A stretch of 64,000 nt of DNA from Poseidonia sp. (GTDB lineage Archaea > Thermoplasmatota > Poseidoniia > Poseidoniales > Poseidoniaceae): contig JAYPCE010000003.1 of the NCBI GenBank assembly GCA_038124565.1, forward strand, positions 5,910-69,909, written 5' to 3'. Of this stretch, positions 42,956-52,536 are shown one piece after another (the first letter of the stretch is position 1; each line of letters starts with the position of its first letter). Under the pieces are notes generated by a model. It was not told the origin of the DNA and made no database searches. It worked only from the letters and a program-made list of their open reading frames with translations. A program made the translations under genes and the position numbers.

Positions 42956-45285
42956 TCTTCTCCCTCCATTGAACCAACCATCACGGCCTTCGGCTCGGCT
43001 TTGACCAGTTTATCGATGAGTGAGGGTTTGTCTTTGTGGTGGCCGAAGGCCTCGTTCTTATCGTGTTGGGTGGGGATATCGTGGAACGACGGCGTTGGTG
43101 GTGGTGAAGTGGTGGACCACTCCAATGACCATCCGCCCCAGGGGTCTTTGCCTACAGGGTCGCCACGTCGTGCGGAGTAGATGATGTTCCAGACCAACAA
43201 CAACTGACTGATGCCGAAGATGAAGGCAAAGGTGGACACCGCCATGTTGTACTCAGCAAAGCCAGACTCGATGGTGTAGGTGTGGGTTCGTCGTGGCATG
43301 CCCATGATGCCGAGGGCGTGCATCGGCCAGAAGGCAGCGTTGTAGGAAGCGAACCCGATGAGGAAGTGCCACAAGCCGAGTGTTTCGTTCAGCTTTCGAC
43401 CGGTAGCCTTGGGGTACCAGTAATAGATGGCGGAGAACAGAGCGAAGACGGTACCGCCAATGAACACATAGTGGAAGTGAGCGACGACGAAGTAGGAATC
43501 GTGGAAGTGGATGTCAAGCCCTGCAACGGGGAAGAACATCCCCGAAATTCCGCCGAGCGTGAAGGTCACGAGGAAGCCAAGCGACCAAAGCGTGTGGGTC
43601 TTCATGACCAACGAGCCACCCCAGAGCGTGGCCAGCCAGTTGAAGATTTTCGCACCGGTGGGGATGGCCACCAGCATCGTGGTGATCATGAAGGCAGCAC
43701 GCCAGAACGGGTCCATACCAGAGGTCAACATGTGGTGGCCCCAGACGATGAAGCCAACGATACCGATTCCCGCCATGGCGATGACCATTGATTTGTAACC
43801 AAAGATGGAGCGACGAGCCGAGGTGGCCAGCACTTCAGAGACGATACCAAAGGCTGGTACGATGACCACATACACTTCAGGATGGCCGAAGAACCAGAAC
43901 AGGTGCTGGAACAGCAACGGGTCACCTCCAGCGACGAAGAATTGGGTGCCAATCGTGTGGTCAAAGAGCAGGAAGGCCACACCGATGATGAGGGCGGGCA
44001 AGGACATGAAGAGCATGAACACGCTGATGAAGACCGACCACGAGAACAAGGGCATCTTCATCCAGGTCACGCCGGGTGCACGCATGGTGAACACCGTGGT
44101 GATGAAGTTCACACCACCCAAGGTCGACGAGGCACCGAGCATCACCATGCCTGAAATGAAGGCCGTGGTTCCGGCGTTTGAACCGTAATCGGCCAAGGTC
44201 GAACCCAAGTTGGCTTCAGTCAAGGAGGAATACGGCGGGTACATGACCCACGTGATGTCAGCACCTTGACCGGACCAGATGCCAGTAAAGATGAGCGGTG
44301 CGGAGAACACCAGCAACCAAAGACCCATGGCGTTGATTCGGGGGAAAGCCAAGTCCTTGGCTCCGATTTGCAACGGCAAGACGTAATTCATGAAGCCAGC
44401 AATCATCGGCATGGCGGCCAAGAAAATCATCGTGGTGCCGTGCAGGGTGAAGAAGGAGTTGTACTCGTCGTAGGTGAGGAAGTCGTTCTCTGGAAGCGCC
44501 AGTTGGATACGGAACAGAAGAGCCAAGAGACCACCGACAAGGAAAAAGAAGAATCCGAAGAGGAAGTACATGATACCGACTTCCTTGTGGTCGGTGGTGG
44601 TCAACCAAGGTTTCAAGAAACTCCAGAAGCGTTCCATGGTGAAGGTCTCGGGTGAGCGTCGATAAAACACCCAGAGGACGCCAACGAAGATGAGACCGGC
44701 GGCCAGACCGATGGAGGTAAGGAAGATGATGAGGGCACTTGCACTTGGTGCAACGGCGCCTGCATTGATGCCAGCGATGCTAGCTGTTGCCACGTTCCAG
44801 TGGTCGCCACCGGCTCCGTTGCCACCGTTCACAGCGTTGCCGTATACGGTCATCTCAACGTTGAGGTCGTCAGCGGCTGGAGCGGTCCATTCAAAGGTCC
44901 ACGAACGAACCGTGTTGGCATCGACGGTGTGGGTGAGCCCTCCATCCATCGTTTGGCTGAGTGTCTCGGGGACTGCCGTCACTTCGCCGTGGGAAACCAA
45001 AATTCGGAATCCACCAGCACGACCGTTCCAATCTGCGCCACCGTCGTCCCAAAGGGCCATGTCATCGTTGACAACGGTGACGGTGAAGGTGTAGGTTTCG
45101 CTGGCGTTGTAGGTTGAGGGCAATCCGTCGATCAACACGGTGGTGTCGGGCGAGGCTCCGCCGTGACAGGTACAACCTTGGTCACCAGCAGAACCGATAC
45201 CGCCAGGTGCCGCTGTGAATTGTGGAGCAGCCATCAATGAGAGCATCAGGAGGCCGAGCAACAGGGTGAATCGCCCTCGCATCAA
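42952..45285 (-). CDS. coxA: Cytochrome c oxidase subunit I with ~190-aa N-terminal secreted domain plus extra TM helix
   Basis: Canonical CoxI begins at WLTTTDHKEVGIMYF and runs to the C-terminus with the His ligands. Preceded by signal peptide MMRGRFTLLLGLLMLSLMAAPQFTAA, a beta-rich domain and one TM. Confidence 0.95.
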   Translation of the reverse strand: MMRGRFTLLLGLLMLSLMAAPQFTAAPGGIGSAGDQGCTCHGGASPDTTVLIDGLPSTYNASETYTFTVTVVNDDMALWDDGGADWNGRAGGFRILVSHGEVTAVPETLSQTMDGGLTHTVDANTVRSWTFEWTAPAADDLNVEMTVYGNAVNGGNGAGGDHWNVATASIAGINAGAVAPSASALIIFLTSIGLAAGLIFVGVLWVFYRRSPETFTMERFWSFLKPWLTTTDHKEVGIMYFLFGFFFFLVGGLLALLFRIQLALPENDFLTYDEYNSFFTLHGTTMIFLAAMPMIAGFMNYVLPLQIGAKDLAFPRINAMGLWLLVFSAPLIFTGIWSGQGADITWVMYPPYSSLTEANLGSTLADYGSNAGTTAFISGMVMLGASSTLGGVNFITTVFTMRAPGVTWMKMPLFSWSVFISVFMLFMSLPALIIGVAFLLFDHTIGTQFFVAGGDPLLFQHLFWFFGHPEVYVVIVPAFGIVSEVLATSARRSIFGYKSMVIAMAGIGIVGFIVWGHHMLTSGMDPFWRAAFMITTMLVAIPTGAKIFNWLATLWGGSLVMKTHTLWSLGFLVTFTLGGISGMFFPVAGLDIHFHDSYFVVAHFHYVFIGGTVFALFSAIYYWYPKATGRKLNETLGLWHFLIGFASYNAAFWPMHALGIMGMPRRTHTYTIESGFAEYNMAVSTFAFIFGISQLLLVWNIIYSARRGDPVGKDPWGGWSLEWSTTSPPPTPSFHDIPTQHDKNEAFGHHKDKPSLIDKLVKAEPKAVMVGSMEGEE

Positions 45286-46277
45286 TAATCACCTCCATGG
45301 CTATCGTCGCTGGATTTCTTGACACCGGTGTCAACCGAGCAATCCAAGCCTTCGGAAGCGACAATCTTCACCTGGCCGTACATCATGGAATGTTGATTTC
45401 CGCAATATTCAGCGCAGCGAATAGGGAATGTGCCGGGCTCATCAGCCATGATCGTCATGTATGTGCCGGATTCCAAACCAGGCACAAGGTCCTCTTTCAC
45501 ACCCCATTCTGGCAGCCAAAAAGAGTGTTGAACACCGATGTAGTTGGGGTTAGAATCGTCAGAAGGTCTGGAATGCATCTCGAAGATGACCTCTTCGTCA
45601 CAGGGCAAAATCATGTCTTCGCCAAGCGCAGAAGAGAACACATGGTTGACAGGGATGTGCATCCAAGTGTGGAGAACATTACCGTCACCATCGGTGACTT
45701 CAACGGTTGAGAGCAAATAGGGATTGAAGGTCAAGGGCTCCATGCCCTCTCCGAAATTCAAAGGTGATGGGTCATAACTGTCAACACCTTGTGTGATGGA
45801 ATAATTCACTGCGTCTGGGTTGGTGCTGGCGATGGTCATGGTTGTGCCGCTCCAGTTCACATCGATGTTGGTGAGGGCCGGGTCGTCTTCCCAGGTCAGG
45901 CTGTCGGTGTATTTGAATTCCCAAAACCACTGTTTGCCGATGATTTCCATGTGGTGAGCCTCCTCGTCGTTGGGGTCGATTTGCCAGACCGCTGTGTTGG
46001 AGGCTAAGGCCAGAACAACCAGCCAAGCCACGATGAGGGTGGGCAAAATGTAGAACATCACTTCAACAGGCGTGTTGTGCCGGTCAACTGGAAACGACCC
46101 AACTTCAATGTGGTCAAGATGAGTGGTGTCGGGTTCAACACCGTCACGGTAGCGCAAAATGGCCAAAAACATCCAGCCAAAGGTGAAAATTCCAACCAGA
46201 ATGGACCAAAACATGAACTTGTCATAGAGGACAGAGAATACCGTGTCTTCTGCTACCACACAACCACCCTGTTTCAC
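45282..46277 (-). CDS. coxB: Cytochrome c oxidase subunit II (CuA), with ~120-aa insertion; GTG start in ORF track, alternative ATG at MFWSILVG
   Basis: CuA ligands …GVQHSFWLPEWG… and CAEYCGNQHSMMYG; two N-terminal TM helices. Confidence 0.9.
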   Translation of the reverse strand: MKQGGCVVAEDTVFSVLYDKFMFWSILVGIFTFGWMFLAILRYRDGVEPDTTHLDHIEVGSFPVDRHNTPVEVMFYILPTLIVAWLVVLALASNTAVWQIDPNDEEAHHMEIIGKQWFWEFKYTDSLTWEDDPALTNIDVNWSGTTMTIASTNPDAVNYSITQGVDSYDPSPLNFGEGMEPLTFNPYLLSTVEVTDGDGNVLHTWMHIPVNHVFSSALGEDMILPCDEEVIFEMHSRPSDDSNPNYIGVQHSFWLPEWGVKEDLVPGLESGTYMTIMADEPGTFPIRCAEYCGNQHSMMYGQVKIVASEGLDCSVDTGVKKSSDDSHGGDY

Positions 46278-46290
46278 CGGCCGTGTAGCC

Positions 46291-46318
46291 CCCCCTTAAG
46301 CGTTTGTTGGGGGGGGTT
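46291..46318. promoter_or_regulatory. GC hairpin (C7 - 13 nt loop - G8) in the cox operon upstream region
   Basis: cccccccttaagcgtttgttgggggggg directly 5' of coxB start in the 198-bp divergent intergenic region; function unknown. Confidence 0.3.
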
Positions 46319-46475
46319 AGAACCGTGGTCTGTTTCCCTTTTGAGGCCGGGTTGCAGGCAGGTCTCCGTTTTGCAATTGAATTGATATGAAAAGCCGCGA
46401 AGACCGTACAATTCAGGGCAAATTTTCAATCATTGAGGCGATGAATCATCAACCCCCCCAGCGCTCAAAGCCATC

Positions 46476-46799
46476 ATGGGATTCAGCGGTTGCCTGTCGC
46501 CCACCTTGGACGGTGCGGTTGTGATGGCCATTGAAGTCCAACCGGGTGCAAGCCGTCAAGGCATCGTCGGTTTCAACACATGGCGGGACCGTCTCAGTGT
46601 GGCGGTCAAGGCCGAAGCCAAAGGTGGACAGGCGAACCTCGCCGTTCTCCATGTGCTGGCACATCAATTGAATCACGATGTTGCCTTTCTCTCCATTGTC
46701 GCCGGGCAGACGTCTCGGCGAAAATCAGTCAGAATTGAACAGGCGGCTCTGCACGAATTGATGGAATTGCTGGAACGCTTGCTGGAGGGCTCCACATGA
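46476..46799 (+). CDS. DUF167 (YggU/UPF0235) family protein
   Basis: …LSVAVKAEAKGGQANLAVLHVLAHQL… matches the DUF167 core (V-x-V-x-A-x-P-x-x-G-x-AN). Confidence 0.65.
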   Translation: MGFSGCLSPTLDGAVVMAIEVQPGASRQGIVGFNTWRDRLSVAVKAEAKGGQANLAVLHVLAHQLNHDVAFLSIVAGQTSRRKSVRIEQAALHELMELLERLLEGST

Positions 46800-47317
46800 G
46801 TGCATCGTTTCATGGGCCTGGCCGAGGTTCATCAAATGCAGAGGAACGCTGGCATAAAGCAGCACAGGCCTTGTCTCAAGCAAGGCAGCGAAATCGAGAT
46901 GCCGATGCCGCGGTGTTGGTAGAGGGTCGCAAGGACCGAACGGCTCTGGAACGGCTGGGGTTCACCGGTCCAATAGAAGTGCTCAACCGAGGATGGCCCG
47001 TGGACGATGTGTTGGTGCATCTTGTGGAGCACTACGGCCGAACCAGTGAGGTGGACAACGGCCCAAGTCTTGTGTTGTTGATGGATTGGGACCGAACGGG
47101 TGGAAGGCTGCAAGCGCAATGTCGTCGAAATCTTGAGTCCCTTGATGTTCGTTTTGATGAATCCTTACGGTCAACCTTGGTCGTTTGCCTGAAGCCAGAA
47201 ACTCGGGTGGTGGAGGGCTTGTCTGGCTTGGCAGAAGTGTTACGTCCGCTCGTTGACCTTTACGATCCGATGCCACCCAGCGAAGTCAACCCAGCGAGGG
47301 AAACGCGTCTTCCTTGA
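46796..47317 (+). CDS. Toprim-domain protein (COG1658 small primase-like / RNase M5-like)
   Basis: AVLVEGRKDRTALERLGF (Toprim E-x-x-x-D…) and later LLMDWDRTGG (DxD); 4-nt ATGA overlap with DUF167 gene. Confidence 0.6.
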   Translation: MSASFHGPGRGSSNAEERWHKAAQALSQARQRNRDADAAVLVEGRKDRTALERLGFTGPIEVLNRGWPVDDVLVHLVEHYGRTSEVDNGPSLVLLMDWDRTGGRLQAQCRRNLESLDVRFDESLRSTLVVCLKPETRVVEGLSGLAEVLRPLVDLYDPMPPSEVNPARETRLP

Positions 47318-47735
47318 CCGTGTTGAGCACCACATGGGTATAGGAGCGTGCGACTCCATCAAGGGTGAACACGGTTTTGGTGAGGTTGTCGAGGTCGTCT
47401 CGGTCCTTGACCCGGGCGAGAACGATGGAATCCCAATCCCCCGTGACATCGTAAACGGCAAACACACGGGGGTCGGCGGCGATTTTTTGCTGAACATCGA
47501 TCATCCGCCCTTTGACAATTCTCAATCCCGCCATAATGGTCATGTTCCAGCCAAGGTGTTCGGGATTGAGGTCCACGCGATACCCTTCAATCACGCCCTC
47601 TTCTTCCAGTCTTCGCAGGCGATTGGTCACCGTTCCTTGAGCAAGGCCGAGCGTTCGGGCCAGTTGTCGATGACTGGCTCTGGCGTCTTCCTTCAACAAC
47701 TTCAACAAGGCGACATCGGTGTCGTCTAAGTCCAT
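47286..47735 (-). CDS. lrp: Lrp/AsnC family transcriptional regulator
   Basis: N-terminal HTH LDDTDVALLKLLKEDARASHRQLARTLGLAQGTVTNRLRRLEEEGVI + C-terminal RAM domain. Confidence 0.9.
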   Translation of the reverse strand: MDLDDTDVALLKLLKEDARASHRQLARTLGLAQGTVTNRLRRLEEEGVIEGYRVDLNPEHLGWNMTIMAGLRIVKGRMIDVQQKIAADPRVFAVYDVTGDWDSIVLARVKDRDDLDNLTKTVFTLDGVARSYTHVVLNTVKEDAFPSLG

Positions 47736-47770
47736 GAATGTCCCACGGGGGGCTCAATGCTTTCAAGCCT

Positions 47771-48922
47771 TCATTCCTCTTCTTTGGCCGCTGACCGCGG
47801 AGGAAGTGATTGAGGTGCAGAGAGCCAAACATGTTGTCGCCAACCCCCCATCCCCTCCACTTCAATCGCCATTTCAAGGTGACATTCGTGGTCGCATGGT
47901 TGCTTGAAATTCACCGTAAGTTCAGCCTCTTGATGGGCCGACATCACACGTTTGGGCGGGCGGCCTTTGAACTGCCAAGGCTCTCGAACCTCCCAACCGA
48001 CGATTGAAAAACCGACATTTCCAGCCGTTGCCATCAACAAGACCTGGTCACCAACCTCGTTGTTCCAACGTGCGTGCAGTGAAGGAATGGTCCGTTCTCG
48101 CGACCGCATAGCAGCGACGCTTGCGCCCAAGAGAACAGCGGCCAAAGCCGTCAACACCACCGGTGCCCAGGCTTCGCCGGGGGCCAATTCCATGAGCGGA
48201 GAAGGCAAGCGGTCGTGCTTGAGAACCAACAATTCAGACGATGTCGTCTGTTCTTTACCACCGAAAACGGCGACGGTGTAGGACCACCCCGTCGGTTGCT
48301 TCGTGAGGTCAACACCTGCGGCTGAAAGATGGTCGGCCGAAAGCAGAGCCGTCAACGAGGTGGTGTTGTTGGCCTTCAAAGAGAAGCCAACCTCTGGCCG
48401 TAATTCTCGCACCAGATGCGTTGTATGGCGTGCGTGCTGGTCAACTGCCCTATCTTCGGTGAGGACCACCTGAATGATGGTTTGGTTGGACAAATTCACG
48501 AGAGGTGTGACTTCAAGTTCAAACACGATGAAACGGAGGTTGTTATCGGCGGCAACGATGTTGACCTCCCCTTCAACCCGTAGCAGGTTGTCTTCGTTTC
48601 GTTGATGGTGCCGAACCACGCCATGGTCGCCACCATCGCTTGAAGAGAGGTTGAACCGCGGTCGGCGATAGAGCGCATCATCATCGGGCCAAGTGGAACC
48701 GGTTTCATCGCTCCATGACCACCATGTCCAAACGACATCGTTCTCACCGATGTCAAACGAAGTGTGACTGAGGTTTCGGGACACAAAGACCTCATGCAGG
48801 GATGGGGCTTGTTGCGTGGGCAGGTCGGACCGAGCGTGAATCTTCCATGTTTCCTCCGCTTTAACGAGGTTGGGCAACGTGAGCACCAGCACCACCAACC
48901 CGAAGCAAACCACCCGCTTCAT
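47771..48922 (-). CDS. Secreted protein with C-terminal TM anchor, unknown function (ORF track start 49039; ATG 48922 MKRVVCFGLVVLVLTL preferred, overlapping upstream stop as ATGA)
   Basis: Signal peptide, ~300-aa beta-rich ectodomain, TM WAPVVLTALAAVLLGASVAAM, short tail. Confidence 0.55.
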   Translation of the reverse strand: MKRVVCFGLVVLVLTLPNLVKAEETWKIHARSDLPTQQAPSLHEVFVSRNLSHTSFDIGENDVVWTWWSWSDETGSTWPDDDALYRRPRFNLSSSDGGDHGVVRHHQRNEDNLLRVEGEVNIVAADNNLRFIVFELEVTPLVNLSNQTIIQVVLTEDRAVDQHARHTTHLVRELRPEVGFSLKANNTTSLTALLSADHLSAAGVDLTKQPTGWSYTVAVFGGKEQTTSSELLVLKHDRLPSPLMELAPGEAWAPVVLTALAAVLLGASVAAMRSRERTIPSLHARWNNEVGDQVLLMATAGNVGFSIVGWEVREPWQFKGRPPKRVMSAHQEAELTVNFKQPCDHECHLEMAIEVEGMGGWRQHVWLSAPQSLPPRSAAKEEE

Positions 48923-50607
48923 GCCTCTTCCTCCCGCCATGGCAACCCCAATTTTCGCCGAAGGATGTTTTGCTCGTTGACATCGATCATCAGCGTGATT
49001 CTTGCACCAACCCACACCGAGAGTAATTCTCGACCCCAAGGCATGGCTGCTTGCAAAAGGTAAGCTCCGGTGGGGGGGGTCATGCTGGTTCGCTGTGTGA
49101 ATTCTTCAAGCATTGGGGCCCAACCGCACAGGAGTTCTGTGAACAGGTCTGGGGAGATGGTTGCGATGTTGGCGCTGAAAGCATGACCGAGTACGTAGGT
49201 GGCCTCTTGTCGCGAGCGCCATGAGTCTTTTTTCAAGGTAAAGGCTGGTAATCCAGCATGGACGACCCTCAATGGATGAAACGTGCCACCTGGCCACACA
49301 TCGCCCTTGTTTGTGGGCGCCTCAGGGTCATACAACCGCTGTTTGACAAGAGGTGGTGCGAGGTTGAGCCGCTTGCCACGCTGCCATACGGAATACGGCT
49401 TCAAGTCCATACCGTACAGCGTTTCGACCAGGTCCACCACCTCAGGGTCAGCAGGCACCACGGAATTGTCGGTGACCTTTGGCGGTTTCTTGTAGGTCGG
49501 CGTCCATGTGGGCGAAGACCTTGTTGCTCTGCCAGTACGGAAGGTTGGAGCAAACCCCTCGCTTGTCGGGTCGGCCCGATGTCGGAATTTGGCGACGAAA
49601 AACCCGCCAGTGTCGTGGTCGCTGTGCCAGAGTCGTCCGCAGCGGTGAAGTTGTTCTCCAATCCGCTGCTCTTCGGTATCATCGCCCATACCAAGGGCCC
49701 TTCGGTCGTTGGGGCTGAGGTGGTGCGATTGCACATGAGGCAAGGCAAGCACCTCAGCCAACGCCACTTTCTCGCCTGCTTCGTTCAGCGTGGGCCATGT
49801 GGTCAAACCGGGATGGAGGGTGAGGCCCTCCACATGAAACGGCTCCAACTCAAGGTAGGGGCAACGGCGAAGCAGTTCAGCCACCACCGCTTCGTTTTCC
49901 ACAGGGTCAACGCTGCAGGTTGAGTACACCAGCACTCCTTCAGGGACCAGCAGGGACGCGCCTCGTTGCGCAATGTCAACTTGTAAATTGAACATCTTGC
50001 GTCCTTCTTTTGGTGTCCAGTCCCACCACACATCTGGATTTTTTCGCGTGGTGGCGCTTCCGGTGCACGGGACATCGGCCAGAACGGCATCAAAGCCCGG
50101 AGGAGGAAGTCGAGCAAAATGGCGACCGTCGTGTTGGGTGACCACCAGATTCGCTAAGCCCAACCGACTTCGATTGCTGACCAACATGTTCAACCGTCCC
50201 GAAACGGGCTCGTTGGCGACCACCACGCCATGCGGGTGCAAGCGTTCTCCGAGTTGAGTGGATTTGGAACCCGGTGCTGCACAAAGGTCCAAGGCTAACA
50301 TCGCCGTCTCATGTTCTAACATGCGAACAGGGAGCATGCTGGCCGCTTCTTGACGTGTGATGCGTCCAGTTTCATGAAGCAGGGCCATCATTCGTTGCGC
50401 ATCGCCCTCGCCCTTGCCTCGGGCAAAAGGCATCACAAACGCGCCTTCATCGGCCATCCATGGTATGGTTTGAGCACCCAAGGCTTTGACTTGCTCTATC
50501 GTCCATTCCCGATCGTTTCGATGAAGGCTGATGCGGAAGGTTTCTGGCAGCGGCTTTAGAGCTACTTCCAACCAAACCGCAGGGTCTTGACCCAAATGGC
50601 CTACCAT
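48919..50607 (-). CDS. NOL1/NOP2/Sun (RsmB/RsmF-type) RNA cytosine-C5 methyltransferase with long C-terminal extension (ORF track start 50766; ATG 50607 MVGHLGQDP plausible)
   Basis: SAM motif LDLCAAPGSKSTQL, catalytic DVPCTGSATTRKNPD and STCS motifs; C-terminal ~250 aa beyond the MTase core resembles RsmF-like extension. Confidence 0.8.
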   Translation of the reverse strand: MVGHLGQDPAVWLEVALKPLPETFRISLHRNDREWTIEQVKALGAQTIPWMADEGAFVMPFARGKGEGDAQRMMALLHETGRITRQEAASMLPVRMLEHETAMLALDLCAAPGSKSTQLGERLHPHGVVVANEPVSGRLNMLVSNRSRLGLANLVVTQHDGRHFARLPPPGFDAVLADVPCTGSATTRKNPDVWWDWTPKEGRKMFNLQVDIAQRGASLLVPEGVLVYSTCSVDPVENEAVVAELLRRCPYLELEPFHVEGLTLHPGLTTWPTLNEAGEKVALAEVLALPHVQSHHLSPNDRRALGMGDDTEEQRIGEQLHRCGRLWHSDHDTGGFFVAKFRHRADPTSEGFAPTFRTGRATRSSPTWTPTYKKPPKVTDNSVVPADPEVVDLVETLYGMDLKPYSVWQRGKRLNLAPPLVKQRLYDPEAPTNKGDVWPGGTFHPLRVVHAGLPAFTLKKDSWRSRQEATYVLGHAFSANIATISPDLFTELLCGWAPMLEEFTQRTSMTPPTGAYLLQAAMPWGRELLSVWVGARITLMIDVNEQNILRRKLGLPWREEEA

Positions 50608-50711
50608 GGCCGTGAGTGGCGATTGTTCGGCGAAGGCACGCCGCTCATCGGTCCGGTCCTCAGGCCCCCTCACGCCTTGGCCTTGTGAACGGCCTCTTTT
50701 GGTCTTCCGCC

Positions 50712-52073
50712 ATGATGAAAAGATGCTTTGTGCTGTTCGCACCCATGCTGGCGGATACAGCCCCATGGTACTTGCCCGCGCTGGTGCTTTCCCTCATGGG
50801 GTGGATGGCGGCCCCGTCGCTTTCACCACGTCTTCAAGCACGCCCTGTCCTTTACCGAGTCTATCTTGCCCTTCCTCCCTTGCTCGTTGCGGGCTTGCTC
50901 CTCTTCCGGAGCATCGCCGTGATGAGCTTGGAGAGTGGGCACAACGAGGTTGCGCTGGCTTTGGATAGCAATTCTTCATTCTCCGAGCGGGTCCAACTGT
51001 TGTTTACCGGTTACGGTGCCTTGGAGGGAGCGCTGCTGAGCTTGCTGCTGTTTGCGTTATTTGCTCCATCCCTACCCAGTCTGCGAGATGTCGGTGTGGA
51101 AACGCAAGCCTTTGTTCGAAGCAGAATGATGGTGCACAATGGAGCATGGGCCCTTCTTTCCTTGCTTCTCTTGTTTCCGAGTGAAGCCCATTCGGTTCTT
51201 GGGCAACTGCCGTCATCACCCACCGTTTCGTTGGAGGCGTGGACACGGTTGATGGCCGTGGTGCTGTTCACGTTTCTCATCCTGATGTCGGGCGAACTCC
51301 TGACGGCCAGTTCACACATGGCGCTGAACAACGAGGCATCGGTGTTGTTCCGTCGGGCGGTTATGAAAACCAGCTTGGCCCTCATCCTCGCGTGGTGGCT
51401 TATGGTGCAAAGCGATGTCTTCAGTCAAGTTTGGTGGACACGCCCTCAACAAGAATCTCTTCCGCATGTTGGCTTGTTGGTGGCCGTTTACGCAACCATC
51501 GTGCTCATGTACCATGCGCCAGCGACGACAACGGAAGGACGCTTTCATCATCATTCACACCAAAGTCGAACCTTGACTGTCTCCTTGGTTGTGCAATTCG
51601 TTGTGGTGCTGATGACCACATGGAAGGTGACCTCCTTGGTCGATGTATACGGCGACGGCATGGTCGCGTTTTCAACAGCCTGGCGCATGACGGCCTCGGT
51701 TCTGTTGTTTGCAGGAGCGCTGATGTTTCTGCCCAGCCTTGGCTACGATGCCGCTCATCGGCCTGAATCGTGGTGGGCAAGGGTGGCGTTCTTGCTTGTG
51801 TTGACGGGAGGCTCGATTCTCAGCGAATCCGTTTGGTTGCTTGCCCCTGGGCTCCTGCTGGCAGCGAGCCTGCAACTTCATCTCCCTTGGTTGGTGGAAC
51901 GCTCAACCGAACCACTATGGCCGCGTTGTGCAGGTTTGGCGTGGTGGGCGGTGGCCGCGGTGACGATGGTGTTGGTCACCGATGTGAAACACATGCTGTG
52001 GTTCTCGGTGTTGATCATGGCCGTTGCAGCGCTGCTTGAGCGCTGGTTGAGCCGAACATTGGACCATGGGTGA
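50712..52073 (+). CDS. Polytopic membrane protein (>=10 TM), unknown function (ORF track start 50616)
   Basis: Continuous hydrophobic helices throughout 450 aa; no motif recognised. Confidence 0.55.
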   Translation: MMKRCFVLFAPMLADTAPWYLPALVLSLMGWMAAPSLSPRLQARPVLYRVYLALPPLLVAGLLLFRSIAVMSLESGHNEVALALDSNSSFSERVQLLFTGYGALEGALLSLLLFALFAPSLPSLRDVGVETQAFVRSRMMVHNGAWALLSLLLLFPSEAHSVLGQLPSSPTVSLEAWTRLMAVVLFTFLILMSGELLTASSHMALNNEASVLFRRAVMKTSLALILAWWLMVQSDVFSQVWWTRPQQESLPHVGLLVAVYATIVLMYHAPATTTEGRFHHHSHQSRTLTVSLVVQFVVVLMTTWKVTSLVDVYGDGMVAFSTAWRMTASVLLFAGALMFLPSLGYDAAHRPESWWARVAFLLVLTGGSILSESVWLLAPGLLLAASLQLHLPWLVERSTEPLWPRCAGLAWWAVAAVTMVLVTDVKHMLWFSVLIMAVAALLERWLSRTLDHG

Positions 52074-52533
52074 TGGCCTCAAAAATGATGTCTGCAACGG
52101 CAAACGCATCGCGTTCTTTAAGAGGCCAAGAAGTGAGCGGGAGACGGAATCTTCGGATTTCAGGGATGGGACCCTTATGGCACGAGCCTTTCGCGCAGGA
52201 GTAGAAACGCATCGAAAAGTCAGCATGCCACTTCGTCGTCGTTTGTGGCAACCAGTGAGGGATTTAGCCTCATTGACCACTCGAGCGGAGCGGACAGGAC
52301 GACAGATGGGTCCATTGGTGGATGTGCCTGCTCTGGTTAGAATTGAAAATGAACACTGGATTTTTGAGCGCATTGAAGAGGTCACATTGTACAATCTCAC
52401 GCACCGTTTGGTCCTTCAATCGGAGGATGGGGAGCAGGTCGTTGGTGTGACGGAAGGCTTTGAAACGGCTCTTGAAGTCGCTCGTTGCATGGCTGAGCAT
52501 GACCAACAGGTTGTGCTTATTCAAGCGATTTGA
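52066..52533 (+). CDS. Hypothetical protein
   Basis: 155-codon ORF with coding-like composition, overlapping preceding gene by 8 nt; no motifs. Confidence 0.35.
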   Translation: MGDGLKNDVCNGKRIAFFKRPRSERETESSDFRDGTLMARAFRAGVETHRKVSMPLRRRLWQPVRDLASLTTRAERTGRQMGPLVDVPALVRIENEHWIFERIEEVTLYNLTHRLVLQSEDGEQVVGVTEGFETALEVARCMAEHDQQVVLIQAI

Positions 52534-52536
52534 TGC

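Noticed and set aside
49060-49080. G8 homopolymer inside the RsmF-like gene and A8 run at 53476-53483 as possible phase-variation sites
   Set aside because: Both are in-frame within coherent coding sequence (TPPTG and FFSAPP) with no evidence of frameshift. Homopolymers of this length occur by chance at this GC content.
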